A stretch of DNA of 64,000 nt from NCBI RefSeq assembly GCF_003704095.1, contig NW_020843829.1, positions 310,001 through 374,000 on the forward strand, in the 5' to 3' direction. Source of the DNA: Pocillopora damicornis (taxonomy: Eukaryota). A model generated the notes under the pieces. That model was not told the DNA's origin. It ran no database searches and saw nothing but the letters and a program-made list of their open reading frames with translations. This document shows positions 1-14,280 of this stretch, in pieces. Numbering within the stretch: position 1 is the stretch's first letter; each line of letters starts with the position of its first letter. The position numbers and the translations under genes were made by a program.

Positions 1-3000
1 AAACTTAAGTCAAAAGTGATGTATCATGGAATAAGTTATCTGTACTATTCAACACAAGGAGGTGGCTTGTGGTGGATCATTAATGGACTGCTAAACAATA
101 AGGTTATTACCCATTGCAATCATCCATTGCTAGCCACAGACACTAAGGTGAATGGTTGTTTTAGTGTATCCTAGAACAGTGAGATAACATAGCATAAAGA
201 GATGATTATAACTCATTTACTACTGCAATGATTGCAATATTTTTGAGCATGAGTAGCCCAGATATGAATAGCAAAGGATATTTGGAGTTTAAGTAGCTAC
301 ACACAGTGCATATTCAACGCTACCAAAATTTATCACATAAACTATGGTGTTATACAAGGATTTCCAGCCCTGAGAAAAGCTGTAACAACACACATGAAAA
401 AATATGATTTTTTTTTTCGTCTTTGATATCGGCAATCAGTTGCTGGCACGTCAATTGTCTTTTGCACCACTTGGTCAGGTTGATGAATGAATGGAAAAGC
501 CTTTATCATTCTCAATCCATGGTCATATGTCAGAATTTTTTCTGATTATGGCTGCTAAAACAGTGAAAAATTTCTCTTCTCGTGTTCACTTGTCAGCTAT
601 CGAGTTACGGTAAACACTCGAAGAGAAATTCCATATTTACGCGCAGTCCATGTATTATTCTATATCTAACATACTTTACTCTTTGAAACGTCACGCAATC
701 CTCGTCTAACAATACAGAAAAAGCTTCTGCATAGAAAATTAGTACCCTTTCTTTTAAACTTAGATCAACGTGAAAAAAATCCTTATTATCCGATGCCATT
801 TTGAGCTGAAGATTTTCCTGATAAGAAATGAGCCTACCTGACCATATTGGGCGTAAACACCTTGTTTCCTGCGATCCGACGTAGGAGCGATTTGCTACAT
901 GATCCTGGTCTTTGGCCGGCAATGAATTTAAGTGAGATGACCAAAATCAAATAGGAGGTACGAACACTGATTAAGTCGGCTTTAAATAAATAGATAAACA
1001 AAAATAAAAATAAAAAAACATATCAAACGGCAATTTCAGTTACCAACGTTTCCTACAACCTCCGCACAACATGGCGACAAAGTTGAAGAACCGTCACGCA
1101 CGGATCGCTGGGAAGTTTAGTCATGAAACGATTTCCCAACGAAAAGCGCAGAACCTTCGCTTAGCGACGGAAACAGCACGAGAATTTATAGCTGCATTCT
1201 TCGGGGTTACTACCGAAAAGCCAATTTTTCATTTGCCCATTTCTTTCCTTTCTGCATCTGCACTTCGGTTAAAACATTTTATCATTTGCACATCACAGCC
1301 ACACTCGCAAGGGCAAAAGGTAAAAGTACCAAGATCTTGGATCAGCGATTTGTAGACAAAAACGGGGAAAAAGCGAGATTGAAAAAGGGGAAAACAAACA
1401 CTACTACAAAAGAGCTGTAGTGGCATTTTTCTTATTATTCTCGTCAGTTTATAATCAGATGTGCAGCCCGACAGCAATTCACGTACTATAACCACTATAT
1501 ATCTATTGATTTAGAAAGAGGGCCGGACAGGGAAATATTTGGCTCGAGATCAGGACCTCGGGAGCGAGAGTAGTTCACAGACAAGAACTTAAAAAGTTTT
1601 GATATACGTTTTTACGTTTTTTTTTTTTACCTCAATGCTTACTATCTTAAAGGACACCACTAGATTTCTTGAAACAGAGCTAAAACCATCTGCAGGTGAG
1701 AAAACCAACAGAGTAACATTTCAAAAAAGGTTGAAAATAAAAATAAAAGAGCATGCTTGTTTCCAGGCAAAACCGATTTCCCTAGTAAGTTCTTGCGTTT
1801 CATGAGACTCTTCCTGGGTTTTGCGAGTGAATCTTAAATTATTTTAAATGACGTTTCTATGAAATGACTCACAGGGCTCCTTCAGACTAACTGAGAATGA
1901 CTGAAGAGGAAACAATATAATTTTTAACTCATGAATTGCGCACATGCGCAAGAGCGAGTTGTAGATACGATGTGGGGAATGGCACTCGCTCGCTCGATTG
2001 GTTGAAAAGAGTTTTGTTTTCATTTTAGTTTCAACAAGCGGCGCTAGCGACTGGCAGCATGCAAGGATTCACACTGAAATAACAGAACAACCTTCGTTTT
2101 TCATAAAATTGTCATTGACAATCCTTTAACTTGAAAACAATCCGAAGATTCATTGAAAATATCACTTACTGCGAAGCGCTCGGAGTTTACAGATGTTCAA
2201 AGGCTTTTTCTGTGACGGCGTGAGATTGAGGACAAAATCGATCATTACGTTTCGTATCGTGTGTTTTTCCTCTGCGAAGCAACAAAAGATGCCGGCGACT
2301 AACGAAATTACAAGTTAACACGAAAATCAAATAACACCTAAACAAACAATTTTAGCTACCGATTTTCAGTGAATTTTTAAAGACCAATTTTCTTTTAAGT
2401 TTCAAGACAATTTGAAGATTCAAAATACATATGACGGACTAAAATGCGAAAGTCATACACCACAAAATTGATAAATAGGCCTGAAATGAAATTCTATCTT
2501 GTTACTGCTTATACGTTGCCTTGCACGTGACTAAAATCTACCCAGGCGGAGATCCAAAATGACGGTGGCAGTCTTGGCTCAGTTATATTACTCAAAACTC
2601 GTTCCCGTTTGTCTCATTAGACAAAGAGGGAAACGTTAATGTTTTCATTAAGACAGTATTGCCTTGATTTTCTAATATTTACAATGATAGGCAGTAAATT
2701 TCACTTTTCACCCACGTTTTCTTTCAACCTTTTCTTTTGAACCAGAAACAGAAATGATATACGTTTAAAACACATGACATCATCCACCCTTGTCAAATGC
2801 AATAGCATGATCATTTCAATTGTAATGCCTTCTATCCCAACGTTACTTTGTTTCTTTGCTACATTAGCGAACACTGAACTACTGCTCGTACTCTAGATAC
2901 GACAATCAACCACAAAATTCCCTAAACCAGATAACATTAAACATAATCCAAAAAATCGTGTGTCAATTCACGAGTTTGCTCACAGAGCACTTTGATTATA

Positions 3001-3987
3001 TCATCAAAGTCGGTTGACATTGGTACATGTGCAGTCAGTTGTAATACCCTTTACCAGTTAGTTCGTCCAAATCCAAGGGCAAATTTTCATGAGAAGTGCT
3101 TTTTTTTAGCCGGCATTAGGACGGCGCAATATATGCCAAACAAAGTGTTTCGGTGAGGTAACACGCATCACTGCATAAAATTTAACTTGTTAAAGTTTTC
3201 ATTCCTACTAATGGGTGTAAGATTTCTTTGAAAACAAAAAAGAGAGGATTCATTCCATACATCTTGTATTTGTTTATTTTTTTCACAGATGACGTCGGCA
3301 GATGTGTCAGCAATGTCAAAGTAAATCAAAATCCAAAAAAACCAACAATATCTTATCACGGTATCCATATTTTCAGATGAAAGGAGTTGATTAAATTAGC
3401 AATCAGCAGATGATATTCTATGCATATTTTCTTTTGCCGCAACCAGCAGGCCCTTTAAGAAAAAAAAATCAATCTTAATATATTATCCTAAAACATAAAT
3501 GAACTTCTGTTCGCGAAATTTCATTTGCTTGTATGATGTGAAGGAAAGCGACGGTATAGTATTATTACATCTTTCTTGCTTATGATGAGCAATAAATTTT
3601 TTACATGGTCATGAAATATGGGACGGAAATTGCGTTGTAATTGCTAGATCCGGTCGTTTAGTATTCAACAATTGAAACGACATGATCCATGTGGATAACT
3701 TTGTTTTGATCTGAGATCTAAACTTCAATATAACGCGCAATAAGAGGTCTCGACCCCTACTGATATTCTCTAATAGTTTTGAAATAAAGAGTAGTTTTTC
3801 TGATGAAGATGCTCGAACCACCAGGTGAGAGATACAGGGTCACCGTGCTCTTACAAAGAATTGTTTATAAGTGGGAGTTCTTGAAATATTTCCCAGCAAA
3901 CGCGCAGAAAACTGTTCTCTCTGGACGGTCGGGAAAACTGTTTTCAAAGGCTAGAAGATTAGTATGAAGACATGAGATCTTCCATTT

Positions 3988-5061
3988 CTACTGAAAATCC
4001 GTAGTGGAGCTGTTCAGCGTCAAATCACGATGTATTTCTATCGCAGCGGTTCTTTTTACGCTGTTATGACGGACGTTGTGCAAAGCGAAGGTCGAATGAC
4101 TTTTGGTGCGACTTTTACGTCGACTTTCAAATTCAAATTTACATCTGATAATCTCTTTAAAAGATCTTCGGAACTGTCCGCTGTAGAAGCAGTACAAAAT
4201 TGGATTGGCTGCCGAATTTCCAAATATGATCAGTTGCGTGAGTTTCCACAGTTCGTTTCCCTCGTAGACGTAAAAGTAGCGCAGTGCGCGAACGATGATA
4301 AACGGAGACCAACAGCAAAAAAAGACCAGGGTCACTACAGCTAACATCTTCGTTACTTTGTGTTGTTTTGACTCGACGGATCCCACTCCTGAAGTGTTCT
4401 TGACGTGCGTTTGCAGAACGCGCAAAATTTTCGTATGAGCCCAAATCATGAAAACTAAAGGGCAAATGAATATGAAAATTGCTTGAAGGATATAGTAGGT
4501 TTGCCTCCCGCTGTCACCCCAGTTAGTGTTCAAACAGAGCTGCACACCGTTCACTTCTTTCGTCGCGTACCCGTAAAATAAAGGTGCGCATAAAATAACC
4601 GACACAATCCACACAATTTTTATGACTATGGTGCGTTGCTCGATACCGCGATTTCTGGCCAGACTTGTCGATGTGACAGATCGCGATCTTTCATAACTGA
4701 TTGCTACTAAGGTTAGTATTGATGCGGAGTACGATATCTCGATTAGAGTCCCTTGAATTTTGCACACGGGATTGCCACCGGGCCAGTCACCCAGAAAGAA
4801 GTAGACGATGTCAAAAATGGAGAGAATGGCGAACAAAAGATCTGCAAGCGCTAGACTCGAGATGTAACAGAGAAGAATTGATTGTGATGTGCGGTATTTC
4901 TTGTAGCATGTCAACAGTGCCATAATGTTTCCAAAGAAGGCGAATGTGAAGAAAACAACATACAAGATGACATATCCTATAACCAGCGGTAAGGGATATT
5001 CTTTATCCACAACAGAGGGTTTTAAAGTGCTGTTCATCTCTGTGCTGTCATTTGCTGCCAT
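3988..5061 (-). CDS. Class A (rhodopsin-like) GPCR, neuropeptide/QRFP-receptor-like, single coding exon
   Basis: Seven hydrophobic segments. Motifs: GN (TM1), LALADL (TM2), C at the top of TM3, ERS (DRY variant), CWSP, NPILY. N-terminal sequons NDS and NST. First ATG is at 5061; the track starts at a TTG at 5067. Confidence 0.93.
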   Translation of the reverse strand: MAANDSTEMNSTLKPSVVDKEYPLPLVIGYVILYVVFFTFAFFGNIMALLTCYKKYRTSQSILLCYISSLALADLLFAILSIFDIVYFFLGDWPGGNPVCKIQGTLIEISYSASILTLVAISYERSRSVTSTSLARNRGIEQRTIVIKIVWIVSVILCAPLFYGYATKEVNGVQLCLNTNWGDSGRQTYYILQAIFIFICPLVFMIWAHTKILRVLQTHVKNTSGVGSVESKQHKVTKMLAVVTLVFFCCWSPFIIVRALRYFYVYEGNELWKLTQLIIFGNSAANPILYCFYSGQFRRSFKEIIRCKFEFESRRKSRTKSHSTFALHNVRHNSVKRTAAIEIHRDLTLNSSTTDFQ

Positions 5062-8000
5062 TCTCAAAGTGCTAGATTTCCAAAACGCCAGCTGCTAAAT
5101 TTTTAAACGTCAGGTGCTACTCCAAGGCCCTTTAGGGATATTTCGCCACTTTCAAATTTCTGTCAAGCCTCTGTTGAGTACCAAAGGTCTAGTAAAGCAA
5201 TCAAACACAACAGTTTGTTATCAAGCGGAAAAAACGCAACTAGTTGATTCGTATTTCTGTTGCACTGCCTCTCAGCTAATTAACAACGCACTGACCACAA
5301 CACTCTGAATTTGCAATTTCCTGCTCATGTATTTCTCCACGCTCTCTTGGGCACTGCGCTGTGATTGGATGGTCGTAGTGCCCTTAGACACACGATGTAA
5401 TCAAGGCGCGGCTCGTCTGCCCTCAAAATCACAGCCATTGTGGTGTGGAGTTCGTGACCGGATGTACGGTTAGTGATTTCTAGTAGCTAAACAAGACGTC
5501 AACAAGTCTATGTCAATCTTTTAGCTTCAGCCCACACAAAATCTTTATCTTTTAGACTTCCTCATAATATATTTCGACGACGTTCCGTCCTCTGTCTTCT
5601 TCGTAGAAGCACGCAAGAGGCTTGTTTTTCAAAAGTTAACACAGAGGTGGAGACAAACACAACCTTCAAGTTGTTTTCCGGAAGTCACTATTTTTAAATT
5701 TTTATTACGGATTTTCCTGAGTGACATCATTATAACAATGTCCGTCACGCACTTTGATTACTAGCGACAGGCAAATCTATTTGAAATACGAAGGAATTAT
5801 TGCAAGAAAGCCCAATGGAATTTCTAAGAGCTTCCTACACTACCAATAAAGCTGAATGACTTATTTTTAAACTTCAAAAAGCCACAAAGAGCTTACAGCA
5901 AAATAAACACGAGAGAAATTCTTGAGTATGTCACGTAATCGTGGCTTAAGCTGAGTCATGGCATAGCGCGTGGGTGAGCACGTAACAGGCTTGAATATTA
6001 AATGTCTGTCCTTTTCAAGAGCCCATCAGAAAAAACGTAACATATAAACAAAACAGTAAGAAATATCATTTGACGACTGATAAATTAATCATATTTGTGC
6101 GAGAAAATCAACTACCTGAAAATCTTCTCCTAAGGATATTTAAAGTTGGCAGCCAATATAATCTTGATTACCGAATCAATGCAGTTAATTTATGGTTAAG
6201 ATCGTTATCTAACCTTTATAATTAGTAAGTCTTAATTTTCCCCTTCTGTTTTGTTTTTTCCTTTTGTTTATTTCTACATTTATGTGAGTTTTTTATTTTT
6301 CCAATCATAGTAGCTTGTTGATATACAGCTGGTTCAATCTGACCTGAAGCAATCATTTGAGAAACTGATTTTCGTGCGTCTCTGAATTACAGAGGTTACG
6401 AACGCATGCTGTGACTAAATATTTAACTACGAAGGAGACAAAGAAGCATCATAAAGAAAAATCTTAAAAATGCAGATAGAGGTAAAAAACATTTCCAAAA
6501 AGAATAGACATTGTTTTGATAGGTTTAGGTAGCCTATGGAGTTGTTAATTATTAAACTTATCTGACGATAGTGGCTGTCAAAATCCTCTTTTGATACTTG
6601 CCCAAAAGGTCCCGTCCTAATTCATTTTGGGGCTTTTAATTACAGTATTTAAAGGGCACAGTTGTACCAACGTTTGATCGAGGGGGAGGAGGTTGAATTA
6701 CATTTGAGAAATCAGGACTAAACTTCGAGACAAAACCCCATCACCACAAATTCCATGAGCGTGACTTTACACTGCATGAGGTATGTTGAACCGACGTAAA
6801 TCCTAAACAAGCAAACTTTCAATATCATATATTATGATAACATTTGTAATGTGTTGGAAAGATATGTTGATATAAAGAAATAATAAAATGTTTCTTTGAC
6901 GCCTGATAAGTAATCTGTTGGCCATGATATAAAGCAGATCATGCGTTGAGGCGAAGACTGGGCACGATTTCGCATCTCGCTGCTTTCCGGTTTTCCCGTA
7001 TCCGAGAGGATTGCCATAATCTAATTCTCGAGCAGTGGCTTGTTTTTTAGCCTATGTATTGACCATGATTGAACAAGTCAAGTCCCAGCCAATATTCAAT
7101 CGCCCTCTACTTGAGAGGCATAAAGTTATCTATATATCATTGTTAGCAAAAGGCGTCCTTCCATCAGTAACCATTCTCTTTGCACAAACAGTGGTTAATA
7201 CTTACTCATTAACCAGTTGCAAGCTCTTTATGGAGGAAGTTTTGAGGGCGCCAGGGAGGAACAAATACAGGGACCTCCCACGCGGCTCCCTCAATATAAG
7301 CGCCCCAATGTTTGCTCCAAAGGACTTCCAAAGCCCCAGACCAATTATGGCCGCCTAACACTTCTGACTGTCTCACTCACTTGCTCTGTCCCAGTTTGTT
7401 CTCGGGACTTAATTACAAGGAGCTGCAAAGTCCATTGTGATCGATCGGTATCTAATTACACAGAGATATGTTTTCCGTGTCTGTGATTTTCTAAATACCA
7501 GCTGTTATAATCGAAATGCTCTAAACTTATCGAAATTACACCGGGACAAGCCCACGTAGAAAAAAAGAGAACGATACTGCTTTTAAGTCCTTTGCAAACT
7601 GGAACACGGGACAACAAGGCGAAGGCGGAATGAAGCACTTGAAAGTCGGACCCGAGTGTCCAGTTCGGTTCCATTCATAAATTATATTGCTCCTTCACTT
7701 TTTTCTTGTAGAAACCGCTAAGATCTGATTAGTAATTTTCCCTTCTAGTTAATATATATTTACCTGTAAATTAGTTAGGAGAATTTAGTGTTCTATCAAG
7801 ATGATAAGTTTGTCTATTCTCATCACCTGCTCTATGAATGATGTATGTCTAGTGTCAAGTTTGCTAGAAACGTAGTCTTCTTCCGTTTGATAATTACCTC
7901 TTGGTAGAAGAGTAATTGCCCTTAATTATATTAAACTTGACCCCTATCAGACACTTAAGTGGATGTGGATTTACAATATTTTTTTCGATACGCCCTTTAG

Positions 8001-10126
8001 TTAACACCAGATAAGATCGTCTATCAACATAAAAATAATTATATTTTGCAAACACTGGATTGTTCTCTCGGTCTTAACGACAATATCTATATTGAAATGT
8101 GTATATGAGATGAATTGCTAGTACTTGAGCTGCTGGGATAAAATGGAACGACGGGATATCCTGGCTATGAATTTTAATTTCGTCGAAGAATGGTACTCTT
8201 TAGGATTTGAAATTCGTAACCGACTGATTTCTATATCGATATGAAAACTCATCACTACGGTTACCGTACGCGTGTGAGACAGAAGCATGTGCTTTTGTGC
8301 GAGATGAATATTGCTCGAAAGCTGACTGATAGAATATGATTGTAATGTTGATGTGTTTTTAAGAAAAATAATCGCGAAAAAATTATCAGATTAAAGTATT
8401 GATAAAGGATGCTTCGAAAGCCTAATGCACTAAAAATAAAGAGGCGAGTGAAATCTTGAGAGTCCATTAATAGTAGGGGTACGTAGAAGGTCGAAATTAA
8501 ACCACCCATGCAATACATCTTCTGTTCTTCATTGAAAGGACAGAACAGTATGGAACAAAGCGACATGGGATTTCCTTGGAAACAAAGCAAATTTAATGCT
8601 TGTTAAACTACATCACATTGTTTATTATCGTTCATTTTTTTCACTCCTGTCAGCAGAAACTAGATGTGGTCTTTATTATGAAAGTTTTAACTTTAGACGT
8701 GAGTTATTCAAATGTGGTTTGTGATTTTGGTGCCATTAAAATCCATCTCCACTAGGGCACAGAAGCTATCGGACTCCGACTCTAACCTGAGTCCACAATC
8801 CAGAATCTAAATCAAGATTTACCTTCCGAAATTGCGACCAAAAGGGAACATGCATCGTGTCAAGAAACATTTCGTATTTGATTGTCGAATAAAGAAAGAA
8901 GTAATCACTTGCCGCCAGCGTAACCAAAACAGTTCTGGATAAAAGCAAATATACATTTTTTGATAACTGCGTACTGACGTGACGCAAGCAGTATTTGAAC
9001 CAGTCAAATAGCAGCCGGATCTCATATGTCCGGCTTACCAAAGCAATCATGTTTCCAAAAATAATTTTGTTCAAGACTAAAAAATTGGAAGGGGTCAACA
9101 GCTCACGAGCAACTTCTGTTCCCCAATTTTCTTGTTCTTTTTCGAAGGTTATCAGTGTAATTTATTTAGATTTCAAGTCAAAGCTTGACATCTATTCCGT
9201 TTGTTTAAAGTGCATAAATAAATAATTAACATCCTTTTTTTCCCAGTCGGTGAGAAAATCTTGTATGGTAGCATGTGCAGAACTGAGCCACTTACGAAAG
9301 AACTTTGCACCAAATGTGAAACCTCTGATTAACTTTTTTGATTTTTCACTGTCAGCGAAAGGGTAATAAATTTAACAAAATGGCTTGCTTTTGTTCTCTT
9401 TAAGTAGGTAAAAGAAAAGCGTTAAACCTTTATCCCATTCGCTAGTCTCCGCAAATGGTGGGATGACAAAATATCGCGCGAGATAATCAGCTAGTCTTTC
9501 TTTACTTTACAAATGATTAATTACCATAACGAGTTTGCAAGACATCTGTTTTTCTATTTTTACTTTAGGGTGGTCACGACCAAGAGATTGGGTTGAAACT
9601 GTTTTTCGTACTCTCTGTGCCGTTTCAAATGTTATTTATTATTATGTATTTCCTATTTATACGAAAAGTAGCTATCTTTGTCAATCTTTGTTTTAGTGCG
9701 TAAACAAACATTCGAATTTATACTGACGTAGACTTAAAAATCTGTACGCCGATGCCATTTTCCAACAACTTTCATTTACTCTGAGACGACAGGTGTCATT
9801 CAGAAAATACTGCAATCATTAACCTATCAGAATTTTTTATCATTGTTACAAAAAATGTTATAGTCTGTGTTTAAATTTTTATGACACTTGAATGATATCA
9901 TGATTCTCCGCGGAAAGCGTCAACAGTAAAGACAGAGGAACTAGAATTTCAAACTGATATTCGAGCATTTTGATTGCTGTTTACGTCATTGCTGGCCCTC
10001 CTAAGACCTCCTTGTGTTGATGAATTCCGCCTGTTAATTTACCAGCATCACGAAATAATTCAGTTGGATGTAGTAAATTCTACTGTAGAACCATATTTCA
10101 CACCAAATTCTACAGTCCAAGAGGAA

Positions 10127-11101
10127 ATGGCAAACGGTTTATCATTGAACTCACTCATGGGAATATTCTTCATGTGTTTTTACATTGTAGTGTATTCAAC
10201 CTCGAGTTTAGGGAACGTAGTGGTGTTGTATATCTGCGCTAAAAATAGTCGAAACACAGCCTTTCAACCTACTCGCACAGCATTTTTCAATCTTTACATC
10301 GCCAATCTTGCCATTGCGGACCTCCTTTTCACGCAGTTGACGATTTTTGATGCTGTTTACGCGATTCTCTACGAGTGGACCACAGGAGCCATTTTGTGCA
10401 AACTTCAGGGGTTTCTTGTCGAGTTATGCTACTCCGCTGGTATACTCACTCTTATAGCAATCAGCCGCGAGAGGGTTAAGTCAATCTCGGATTTACGGAT
10501 AAAATCGCGCATTCAGCGAGTCAAAGAAAGACGATCTCGCTCCATAATCGTGTGGAGTCTGGCCATACTGCTATGCTCCCCTCTTCTCTACGCGTACAAT
10601 TTGACGGAAGAAACTTCAAACGGTAACAGCGTCATACGCTGTTTAAACGACGCATGGTCGCACCTCGGAAGGCGAATTTATTACAGTTTAACCGGGGTTA
10701 TACTATTCTTTACTCCTCTTTTAATAATGATATGGACGCAGTTGAAGATCAAACGCGTTTTTAAATCGCAGGTCGCACCAAATCAACAAATCGCTCTTTC
10801 AATGCGAGCGCGCCAAAGAAAAGCTAGTCGAATGTTGGGAGTAGTCACGATAGTCTTTTTCGCGTTTTGGTCTCCTTTCATTTTCACTCGAACACTTCGT
10901 TATTTTAACTGGTATGAAGGGGAATTAATTTGGAGACTAAGCCAGTTATTAACCATAGCTTCTGCTGCGGCAAACCCTTTCATTTATAGTTTTTACAGCA
11001 CACATTTCAGGCTGTGTATAAAGAGGTTTCTAACTTGTAGATGTGGGCTAATGGCTGCAGTTGACACTGGGGACAATTCTACTGTGAATTCTCTGTATTA
11101 A
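10127..11101 (+). CDS. Class A GPCR, paralogue of the 3988-5061 receptor; 5' end uncertain
   Basis: Motifs GN, LAIADL, CKLQG, ERV, FWSP and NPFIY. Shares R.LRYF..YEG...W.L.QL with the other receptor. First in-frame ATG is 10127, but the frame is open upstream. Confidence 0.9.
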   Translation: MANGLSLNSLMGIFFMCFYIVVYSTSSLGNVVVLYICAKNSRNTAFQPTRTAFFNLYIANLAIADLLFTQLTIFDAVYAILYEWTTGAILCKLQGFLVELCYSAGILTLIAISRERVKSISDLRIKSRIQRVKERRSRSIIVWSLAILLCSPLLYAYNLTEETSNGNSVIRCLNDAWSHLGRRIYYSLTGVILFFTPLLIMIWTQLKIKRVFKSQVAPNQQIALSMRARQRKASRMLGVVTIVFFAFWSPFIFTRTLRYFNWYEGELIWRLSQLLTIASAAANPFIYSFYSTHFRLCIKRFLTCRCGLMAAVDTGDNSTVNSLY

Positions 11102-11869
11102 GAGATTGTTTTATGCTTTATTGTATATAAACAAAGAATTCTAAAATGAAAACAAGTATTCAAAAATAGGGTATTCATACCTCATTTACAGCTGCCAGCT
11201 GTGCTAGCAAAGTGGAGTCCGTGTTGGATACAGGCTTTTACTATACCAGTTTGAATCCATGCGGTTATTGCCTGAATTTTAAGCTCTGTATTTTCTTTAA
11301 TTTCTCTCAGCGTTTCCTTAATTATCGTACCCATGTGATAACATAAGAATTCTGTCAAGCCTTTACAAAATCTTACACGCTGAAGATGTGCTGATATGCA
11401 AATTATGTAAAGTTTCCTTTAATTTGCAAAGTAATCGTAAACATGTCTGAAAATCTTAGAAACTGAAATCTATTCATCTCGTTTTGTCAGACCATTTTTA
11501 TCGTTTTGAGCTTCGTGTCAGTTCCTTTGTAAAAGATATTAGAAAATACCTTCCACAATGTTTCGGAGGTTTGAAAGAAAATCACGGGTATTTTTTAAGC
11601 CGGTAGTTCAAACTGATTAATTAAAACGAAAGAGAATCTACCCACTCTCTCTGTTTTGATATTTAAACCGACTAAAGCTGAATCCTTGCCGAGGAAAAGT
11701 TTAATCGTGAAAACGTTTTGTGGCTATCGGCGCCTACAACAGCCAACTGTAGTAATCAGGATAACAATCATTATGATTTGACCATGATACTACGAATAGA
11801 TTTCTGCCCTGATCTGGAAACTCCAGATAAGCAGGAAGTTTAACAGAGGAGGGCAACGGNNNNNNNNNN

Positions 11870-12816
11870 GTTTTTCACCCGTAAGGAATTTAAAAGGAAT
11901 AACTTCAAATCTCACTTGAAAATTTGCACGTCACGTGTTTATTTTCTGATTTTTTTACCTGTCACGTATAGACCCTCTACCACCCTCTTATTTTGTCATG
12001 TTCGTGTTCTTTCGTATCAAACTAAGACCCGTGCACAAGTAACAGGTAGGGAGAGGTGGGTACGGAATCTGTGGTCTTGCTCTTTCAACATCTAAATTTT
12101 ACAGCAAGGGAAAGCTTCTTGCGAAAGATTATAGAAACTAGTGAAAAAGTTTAGGACATTTCAAGGGAACGAAATATATTTGTAGCAAAAAAATACACTC
12201 GAAACCTAAAGATCTTTAAACGAAACATCCGGAGGCCGACAAATTTTTTTAATTAGTCGTTTGCGCAGATTAAGGTAAATGATTTAATACTTTCAACGCA
12301 TATCGCAAAGTCGTCGGCTCGCTTTTCCTACAGACAATTGTTACACTTTCAAAATTTGTTTCCTGCCGCCTCATTTAGCAAAAATGTAATAACACCAGTT
12401 TGTTTAGACTATCCTCTGGGCATCATAAATTTTCTGTTAGCAGACTCGATTAATTTTAGTCATGAAATAAGACCGCGAATGTTAATGCGATTTCAGTTGA
12501 TCAGAAAGTAAGAAAATTTCAAACGTTGCGTGGCGGATCACAAGTTTTCACAATCGTCATAAATTCACGGTTACTGTGATCATAAAAGTTTCCAATTAAA
12601 TTACTGAGGTTTTTGTGTTTCCCCTTGCATTTTCTGCATTGGTATAGTTACTACTAATTAATTTTCCGGCAATAATCGGCTTTTTATCCCCCATTGTGGA
12701 CTAAGCTCTCACCATTCCCTAGCAACTAGTTGTCGAAGGAAAAAAGAATAATTTTAATTTCATATAATCTGGAAATTTAAATTTTATTTTTACCAGCTGA
12801 CTGGTCTATTTACGAT
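11870..12816 (+). repeat. Segmental duplication copy A (direct repeat of 24700-25622)
   Basis: Colinear shared blocks such as gggagaggtgggtacggaatctgtg, ttttacagcaagggaaagcttcttg and aacgcatatcgcaaagtcgtcggct. Scattered substitutions. Confidence 0.92.
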
Positions 12817-13699
12817 CAAATTGAGTTTGAATTTTCTTAAAGGAAAAGTAAGAAAAACTTTTCACGAAATAGTTTGATCTCAGATGCATAAAAGCATCGG
12901 CACAGTCCATTCATTTCAAAGACTTTTCATAGCACTCATTAATTCCATTCAGGATCTCTAAGTATATGAAGTTAATATGTACAACGAATACGTTTATTCG
13001 GGTGTTTATATTTCCTGCTTTTTTTACGTTAATAATCGCAAGGGTTAAGAAAAACAAGGAGCGGGAATTAACTTGAAGAAACAAGAAGACTAAGTCACGG
13101 GAAAACACGAGCAACTCGACTTTTCATCTGATTGATTGAGCAGGTGACGCCAGTTTCTCGGCCAATCACAGAAAGGAGCATAGTAAAACTGGATTTTCTT
13201 CGACAATCGAACAATGGAATATTTTCTTACACCGAATGATAACTTGTTTTTTCAAATTAACTTTGGCATTCTCCAAGTAATTGTAATCACTTTCAAACAT
13301 TTTTTTTTTTTTCAGTAAATGATTTAGAACAATTTCATGATGAATGCTCTCTTCTCTTCCGCAAAAAATTTGGATCAGTTTAACCTTCAACACTTCCCTT
13401 GGTTTACAAAATAGCTGAAAAGGGAAAAAAGTTTTAAAGGAAGACCGATATACACAATATCCCTCCTGTTTACTTCATTAGCATCAGGGTTTGGCGAGGA
13501 AAACTGAGATTACTGATGAAGCAGACAACAAGGATATGGGAGGAGAGATCACTGACAGGTTTTGGACTTCAACCAAATGACACAAATGCATAGTCAATGA
13601 AGTCCTACGTCATGCTATTTACAGTCGAGCCTATGTACACTCAAGTCATACTTAAATCAGGTGGAATAATGAAAAGACTGACTTCTGCCATAGTTTTAA

Positions 13700-13904
13700 C
13701 CTTTACACCCTAAGAGTGACCAGCATCTAATTTCTTTTCACAGTTATACGGCTGAATAATATCTCATTAAGTTCACGAGAATGAAGAAAATGATCACCAA
13801 CCTAAGAAGCTTTGATTGATGAAACAAATCTCCTTGTCAGTACCAAAGGAAATGTATGGAGAAAAGTAAGGAGAATATAGATACTGATGTTAGGGTGTAA
13901 AGGG
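13700..13904. mobile_element. TTAA-type (piggyBac-like) MITE, reverse orientation relative to the 23847 copy
   Basis: Ends ttaa-cctttacaccctaa and ttagggtgtaaaggg. Body is homologous to 23847-24050. Confidence 0.75.
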
Positions 13905-14280
13905 TTCGCAACCTATTTTGACTATTTCTATTTTCGGTCATTGGAATTCAAATAAGGCTACCTTTTTTGTATTAATTTGTGTAAAATTTGAAAACTTTCC
14001 TAACGAAAGATAAAATGATATAGGAGACGGATTTGGTAAAACAATTTAAAGCCTTTCATTTTCTCTTAGCTATGGTATTTATGGAATTCCCTTTTTCCCG
14101 TAGTATCTTATTCTCCAACAAATTTCGTTTTCTGGCAAAAAATTGTTATTCTGTCCTAAAAGTATCATGTCTGGCACTTTTGGGTTTATATTCTAAATAC
14201 ATAGTTAATTCAGAATGTCATACAACCGACTCTGTGAGATATGGTAGACGTTCGTCCAATCTCCCTTTTCCGTTATACCA

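Noticed and set aside
1071-1355. 94-aa ORF with aacATGGCG context
   Set aside because: No recognisable domain or downstream exons. More likely promoter DNA, possibly of a minus-strand gene leaving the window (donor-like CAG|GTAGG near 836).
7035-7680. GC-richer patch with several short ORFs
   Set aside because: No recognisable protein in any frame; probably repeat debris.
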